DNA from: the human T2T-CHM13v2.0 reference genome, Homo sapiens
NCBI RefSeq assembly: GCF_009914755.1
Contig: NC_060934.1
Length of the DNA: 64,000 nucleotides
Direction: 5' to 3' (one strand)
Both the position numbers and the translations under genes were made by a program. This document shows positions 53,993-64,000 of the stretch, one piece after another (the first letter of the stretch is position 1; each line of letters opens with the position of its first letter). The notes under the pieces are model-generated. The model did not search any database, was not told the origin of the DNA, and saw only the letters and a program-made list of their open reading frames with translations.

Positions 53993-54619
53993 TAGATCAT
54001 AAACATGTTGCAAGTTCCATTTCTTCTTTGCAATCCTTTCTGTTGGAATGCTGTGTCTTGATAAGAGAAGCCAGGGCCAACAGATGGCTCTTCAGAAGAG
54101 CACCTGCACCGGGCAGACCTCCTTCTTTGATCTTGCTGATTGTTAGTAGCACTTTTCCATTCCACTAGTTTCAGGAAAAGCACCCTTGAATGAGTGACTG
54201 GTGGTGTCCCTGGCCCCTGGATCTCTGCAGCCTCCACTTAGCATATCCAGCGGGTCCTCCACCCAGGGTTGGAGCGGGGGAGGTTAATCTGATATGAGTC
54301 TGCCTGCGGCACATCTGGAAAGTAGGAGTTGCTTCGGTCTTTGCCCGTCCATCCGCTTCTGGCCTCCCATCTATTTCCTGAAGATTCCAGACCAGCATGA
54401 GTGCTGTTCTTGTGCACCTTGGAGAGGCTCTCAGATCCTTGCAGTCCATCCATTTGGAAGAAAAGTGATCCCAGACCCTGGGATTTTTCCCTCCTAATGC
54501 TTCCCATTGCACCTCACATTGCAGGGGCTGGGTCCTCAGCCTCCCATAGGGCCTCAGCCTGTGCCTCACTTCCTGTTCTGTTCCTGCATATGCCCACTTC
54601 CAAACCTTGCTCCTCGCCA

Positions 54620-55095
54620 GTGGGATCAAATAAATGTTGCTGTATTACAAACCATACCCTACATGATTGCAGAGAACAATTACTATTAGCAGTTGGTAAT
54701 TTAGGCTGGTCTCAACTGGATACTTCTTGTGGTGTTGGGTGGGCTTACTCATGCAGTCAGCTGATAGGCCAGCTGGGGTCTTGCTGGTCTAGAATGGCCT
54801 CAGCTGGAACAACTGAGCTCTACTCTACATGATCTCTCATCCCCCATCAGGCCAGCTGACCGTGTTTGTGGGGCAGTTGGCAGGGATCCAGGAGAGTGCT
54901 GAGGTGTTTGAGGCCACTGGAATCCTGGGCTCAGAACTTTGAGCCATGAAGCTCTATTGGCTAACATGCGTCACAAGACCAGCTCTTGTGAAGAAGTAGA
55001 TGCCATTTCTTGATGAAGGAGCTACAAAATCACTTTACAAAGGACATACATGGGAGACATGGCAAACTGGGGCCATGTTTGCAATTAATCTACCC
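54620..55095 (-). mobile_element. Old MLT1 MaLR LTR
   Basis: 'gctggtctagaatggcctcagctgg...ctattggctaacatgcgtcacaagaccagc...ttgatgaaggagctacaaaatcac...aatctacccca'. Confidence 0.7.
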
Positions 55096-55212
55096 CACTA
55101 AACCATAGGCTGAGGCTGCCCTAGCCTTTAAAGCTCAGAACTGATACAACCTTTCGGACCGCTGCCTGCCCCCTAAAGACTGAATTTTATAATTACTCTC
55201 TGGCTCAGTTCA

Positions 55213-55654
<442 letters not shown>

Positions 55655-55759
55655 TTAGTCTTTAGGAACATTGCTAAGAGTAAAAAAACAAACCCTAGGC
55701 AGAGGAATCTGAAAACACAATCTTACATAGTAAAATCGCAGGCACTGTAAAGAAGTGAA

Positions 55760-55995
55760 AAACATGGGCCCCAGAGTTAGTGTGTCTAGGTTTAGATCTT
55801 ACATTTCTTATATTCACCACTTCTTAGCTATGGGCATGTTATTTTTCCTCTTTGTGCCTCAATTTCCTCATGCATAAATGGGATAAGAATGATATCTAGC
55901 TCTTAGAGTTGTTTTGAGGATTGCATGAGTTGATATTTACAAATCTCCTAAGATAGTATGGAGCACGTAGCATGTGTTCAAATGTGAGCTATGGT
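55760..55995 (+). mobile_element. MIR
   Basis: 'cctctttgtgcctcaatttcctcatgcataaatgggataag...gttgttttgaggattgcatgag'. Confidence 0.75.
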
Positions 55996-56649
55996 GAGGC
56001 TCAGGTTGGAAAGTTATTAGGGAAGGTCTGTCTGTGTAGGGGGAGGCAGTTTCCCCAGGAATCCTCAAATCTAACCTGGCATTGCATTCATTTGGTAATT
56101 ATTTCAACTAGCCACAATGAGGAATACACTGGTGAAGAACCAGACCTGCCCAATGGGACCTTTACTTACAGGAAGGTCAGATGCCTCCTGAAGTATACCC
56201 AATGTGGGCATCCCCTCTATGCAACGCCTGAAGACAGTGCACTGAGAACAGGTGAAGGAGACTTATGGCTCTCCAGCTAGTCATCTGCTGGCAGTTCATC
56301 CCTGTGGACTGTGTGGCTCTGTTCTGGGTCTGCTGCCACATCCCTCATTATACACATTCACTCATTTAAAGTGTATAATTCAGTGACTTTTAGTGTGTTC
56401 ACAAAGTTGTTCAACCACCATCACAATCACTTGTAGAATATTTTGTTATCTCCCAAAAGAAATTCTGTACCCATTAGCAATCACTCCTCATTTCTTCAGA
56501 GATTATACTTAACCACTATACTTCAATATACAGTATCTGAAAGGTGGCTCGTAACTCACTCAGGATGGTTGAGTCCCAGGATAAAAATGGGGAGTGATGG
56601 GAGATAATGTTGGTGAGGTCAGCAAAGGTCAGATTCCGAAGAGATTTGA

Positions 56650-57026
<377 letters not shown>

Positions 57027-58980
57027 TCATAATATTTTATTAATTTTCACTCTAATCTTTATTGTTTCTTTCCTCTTGTTTGCTAGCAGTTTATTTGGCT
57101 CTTTTTCTAGTGTCTTAGGGTGGTTAGTTAGATAACTGATTTGAAGTCTTTCTCCTTTTTTTAATATAGGCATTTTACAGCTATAAATTTTCCTCTAAGT
57201 ACTGATTTAGCTGCATCCCATAAATTTCAGTATGTTGTGTTTCCATTTTCATTCATTTCAAAGTATTTTCAAATTTCTTTTGTGATTTATTTCTTTGATC
57301 AATTGGTTGTTTAGGAGTTTGTGGTTTGATTTATGCATACTTTTGAATTTCCTGAATTTATTTTTATCATTGCTTTTAAATTTCATTCCATTGTGGTCAG
57401 AGAACTTACTTTGTGTGATTGCAATCATTTTAAATTAATTGAGGTTTGTTTTGTATCAGGGCTTGTGATCTATCCTGAAGAATGTTCTTATGTGCATTTG
57501 TGAAAAAAATGTATGTTCTGCTATTTTTGGGTAGAATATTCTACAGATGCCTTTTATATCTAGTTTATTTATAGTGTTGTTCAAATCTTCTGTTTCCTCA
57601 CTGATACCGTGCCTAGATGTTATCCATTATTGAAAATGGGGTAGTAAAGTCTCCAGCTATTGTTGTTGAACTGTCTTTTCTCCCCTCATTATTGTCAATT
57701 TTTGCTTCAGGTATTTTGGTGTTTTGTTGTCAAGTGCATATGTATTTATAATTCTTATATCTTCCTGATGGATTGACTTTTTTACATTATAAAATGCCCC
57801 TCTTTATTACTAGTAACTTTTTTTTGTCTTAAATTCTACTTTGCCTGCTACGTAGTCTAGCAACTCCAGCTTTCCTGGAATTGTTGTTTGCATGATATAT
57901 TTTTTTGCCATCCTTTAACTTTCCATCTCTGTGTCTTTGAACCTAAAATGTGTCTTCTGTAGATAGACAGCAAATAGATCTTGTTTGTTTTATCCAGTCT
58001 GACAACCTCTGCCTTTTGATTAGATTGTTTTGTCTATTTTCATTTAATGTTACTGTTGATATAATAGGATATATGTCTGCCATTTAGATTTCTGTTCCTA
58101 TATGTCTTATGCCTTTTTTATTCCCTGTTCCACATTTCTGATTTCTTTTTCATTAAGTGAATATTTTCTAGTGTATAATCTTAACTCTTTTTATGATTTA
58201 TTTTACCATATTTCAAAGGTTATTTTATTAGCAGTTGTTCCAGGTCTTGCAATATACATCTTTTTATAATCTATGTCATAATTATACTAACTAAATTCCA
58301 ATGAGATACACAAATGTTGCTCCTAGATAGCTCTATTCATTCCTCTGCTTTTTTGTACTATTATTATTATGCATATTATGTCTATCTATGTTACAAACCC
58401 AGCAATATACTGTAATAATTTTATAATTTTATAATGTGTCCTTAAAAATAAGAGTGGAACACAAATATATATTTACAGAGTTGGTTATATTAACCTTCTT
58501 ACTTACTGTTTCTGGTTCTCTTTCTTTTTTCCTGTGGATTTGACTAACTGCTGTCATTTTCTTACTCTGATGCGGCTTTGTTTCCACCCGCTTCTTTGAG
58601 CTGTTATTGTCAAATATTTTGTATTTCTTTATGTTGTAGCCCCAACAATGCAATTATGTACATGTTTTATACAAGTACATTTTATGTTAGTCAATAATAG
58701 AATGGAGAAAGTATATACAATTATACTGTCTTTTATAATTACATACATAATCACCTTTATTGACACTCTTTATTTTTTTCACATAGATTCTAATTACCAT
58801 CTGAGGTCACTCGCTCTCAGCAAAGTTGAAGAACTAACTTCAGCATTTCTTACAAGGCAGTTCTGCTAGCAACAAATTATCTCCATTTTTATCTAGGAAT
58901 GCATTTCACCTTCATTTTTGCTAGATAATTTTGCTAAACATAAAATCTTTGGTTGACAATTAAAAATTTTTTTCAGCCTA

Positions 58981-61456
<2,476 letters not shown>

Positions 61457-62459
61457 TTTTCAGCCTTTCGAATATGTCATACCACAGACTTCTGACCCCC
61501 ATTGTTTCTGATGAGAAATTAGCCATTCATCTCATTGAGTTTCCTTTATATGTAAAGAGTCTCTTTTCTCTTTCTGCTTTTAAGATTTGCCTTTGTGTTT
61601 TTATTTTAACATTTTATCTATGATGTGTTTTTGGATCTCTTGGTCTTTGGATTGCTATCTATGATAACAGAGAGATGTTAAGGCAAGAGATGTGAATTAA
61701 TACTGTCTTGAAACTACAATGTATCTTACCCTATTTGTGGCTGAGTGTGTGATCAAATTTTTAAATGTTTCACGTGCATTTGAAAAGAATACATATTATG
61801 CATGTGCCTGGTGCAATGCTTTATACACAAGCTTTCTTCAAGTGAATATTTGGTGACAGTTTAACTCTCAGGGCATTCTTATTATTATTTTGAATAATCA
61901 ATTTTTTTCTGTCTATTTCTTCTTGGGTCTCAGGCCTTCTATGTGGAATCTCTTTCCTTCTTCCTTAAGTATATCCCTCAGAATTTCCTTTATTGAAGGT
62001 CTGTAGTAAAAAAAACTCCATTTTTGTTTATCTGGAAGTGCTTTTTCCCCTCAATCTTGAAATTTATTTTCACTAGGTATAAAATTATAGTTGACAATAA
62101 TCTTTCTCTGAGTACATTGACAATATCGTTGTGTTTTAGTTTTCATTTTTGCTGTTGAAAAGTCAGCTATCAGTTTTTTAAAGGTGGTCTGTTTTTGTTC
62201 TTTGGCTGGTCTTGTAAAACAATTTTTAACTTCTTAATATGGAAAATTTTAAAGAATATAGAATAGTATAATGACCCCTAATGTACTCTGGTTCTTAAAA
62301 CATTTGCTCTTTCCCTTTGATGTATTAAAGTTTTATATGTGTATTTTTTATATATATCTTATGGGGGGGAAATTCATTGGAATTGATTCTTTTAACCTCT
62401 TCAGATGTTACTTTTTGCCCCATTTTCACTATACTTTAATACCAGAACTCCATGTGGAC

Positions 62460-62673
62460 CACAATTTTTCAACCTCAGCACTGTTGACATAACTTGTGTT
62501 TGTGCAGGGCTGTCCAAAACATTGCAGGATGTTTCGCAACATTCCTGGCCTCTATTCACTGGATGCTAGTAGCACACACTCACCACCCCTGCCAGTTGTG
62601 ACAACCAAAAATGTCTCCAGACATTGCCAAATGTCCCCTGGAAGGCAAAGTTGCCCGTGGTTGAGCACCATTA
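62460..62673. mobile_element. MER20 hAT MITE
   Basis: 'tcaacctcagcactgttgaca...ccagttgtgacaaccaaaaatgtctccagacattgccaaatgtcccctg'. Confidence 0.92.
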
Positions 62674-64000
62674 ATTTAGACATATGTTAAACTTTTTAAT
62701 CTGCATTTCCTGTTTCTTCATGTTTCATTCGTGTATTCCAAACCTTTGTCATCTCTGAACTGCAATTTGGATAATTTCTTCACTACTTCTCTCTTCAGCT
62801 TAATTAGTTTATTTTTATAGTTTTTATATTTACAAAGTGTTATAGTTGTATATTTTTATCAGTTTCTTTGTCTCTGCTTATATTCAAGTTTATCTTTAAT
62901 TTCTATGAACAATGATTTTATGTTCTGTAGCTAATTTCAGGATCTGAAGTCATAGTTAACTGATTTTTGCTTTTGCTGATTCTTATTTACGGTCCTTTAT
63001 TTCCCTTTGTGCTGAGCAAGACTTGCTCATTTTCCTTGGAACTTTGTGTGTGGCAGTTCTTTATGTGTGAGATGAAGATGGTTTTCTTCAGAGAGGATTT
63101 CATTTAGCTTCTGCTGGATGCCTGGGATCACTACTACTGTAGGACCACTTAAATTGTTGGTTTCAGGGTTTTCAGACTCCCAGATCATATTAGGCTGCAA
63201 ACCTGAGTGAGGGCCAGCTTGTGGGTATCAATTCTCAGGGACTATTTTCCATTTTTCCTCTGTTTTGAGGTTCAAGAGTGGTAACATTTGTTGTAGTCCC
63301 ATTGGTGGTAAGGAGGTAGTGGACTTACATCTAATCCATTCTATTCCGAAAATCCTGCTTGTAGGATCCTGATTTTACTAGTTAAGTTCTCTTATTTGAC
63401 TTTCTCTTCCCAGGTGGGCTTGTATTTTGTCTCTGGTGCCTCATGAGGCTGTGAAACTCTAAGCTTGGTTCTGCAAATGCCCCCAGGGTGAAAGCTGGTC
63501 AATTTTCTGCCTAATTCTTGGGTTCAGACCTTCACTTCACTTTTTTCCTTAGTGTTTCTTATTTCCTTGCCAGCTCATCAATGCACTTCAGGAGGTATTT
63601 ACCATTTTTGCCAGCATTTTTAGTTATTTTCAGTGAGAAAATTGGTCAAGGTACCTAGTTTGTTATTTTGCTGGCATAAATATTGAGTTACCTTTTTGTT
63701 CTCTTCCCAGTTACAAACAAATTAGTTTATTTGGTGTGCCATTTAAGACTCTATCTGTCTTATCCTCAGTACACAGCTAGCCTGAATTTCTTAGGTCAGT
63801 GTTTTATAGGAGTTGCAGATGGAGAAATAAACTAGAAGCACTATTAGATTGCTGTTTTCACAGACCTTTCCTTCGCCTTTGACTCTCTGGCTGGAACCAA
63901 TTATAGGCCAACGTGTGTGAACATAATATAGTCCCCCAGTTACTGAGGCTTGCACTGGGATAACCCCGCGTAAATCACTGTCTCAGCACAAATCGTTACT

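Noticed and set aside
52207-54168. Paralogous-looking peptides 'AAIVWGQ.RSLA.P.P.SSGLPRTPD' in ORFs 52207-52536 (-) and 53860-54168 (+)
   Set aside because: Explained by the DNA-level inverted duplication; indels break frame correspondence outside this patch and there is no sign of coding constraint.

Overview
Primate genomic DNA, very probably human because it contains an AluYa5 with all five diagnostic positions. The window is intergenic or deep intronic. I find no host protein-coding exon, RNA gene or CpG-island promoter. The only ORFs with recognisable protein similarity are decayed LINE-1 ORF2 and Tigger1 transposase remnants. Much of the window is interspersed repeat: 11 Alus, several old L1M and two L1PA pieces, MaLR (THE1/MST/MLT1), MLT2 and ERV1 (MER41, MER51-like, LTR9-like) LTRs, DNA transposons (Tigger1, MER47A, MER8, MER20, MER3, MER33, MER63, MER5), MIR and L2. 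Subfamily names are recognised by eye and need RepeatMasker/Dfam confirmation. I cannot support a new multi-gene biological system here. The most unusual structure is an old ~450 bp templated insertion (52140-52589) inside an L1 3' UTR. It is stitched from two flanking donor segments, one copied directly from ~1 kb upstream and one inverted from ~1.1-1.4 kb downstream, which creates a 330 bp inverted repeat. Other points of note are a perfect DR5 retinoic-acid response element, a MER41A LTR carrying a tRNA-Arg PBS extension inside its TSD, a TSD-flanked chimeric L1 tail, a twin-primed L1PA and several motif-dense repeat-free islands.
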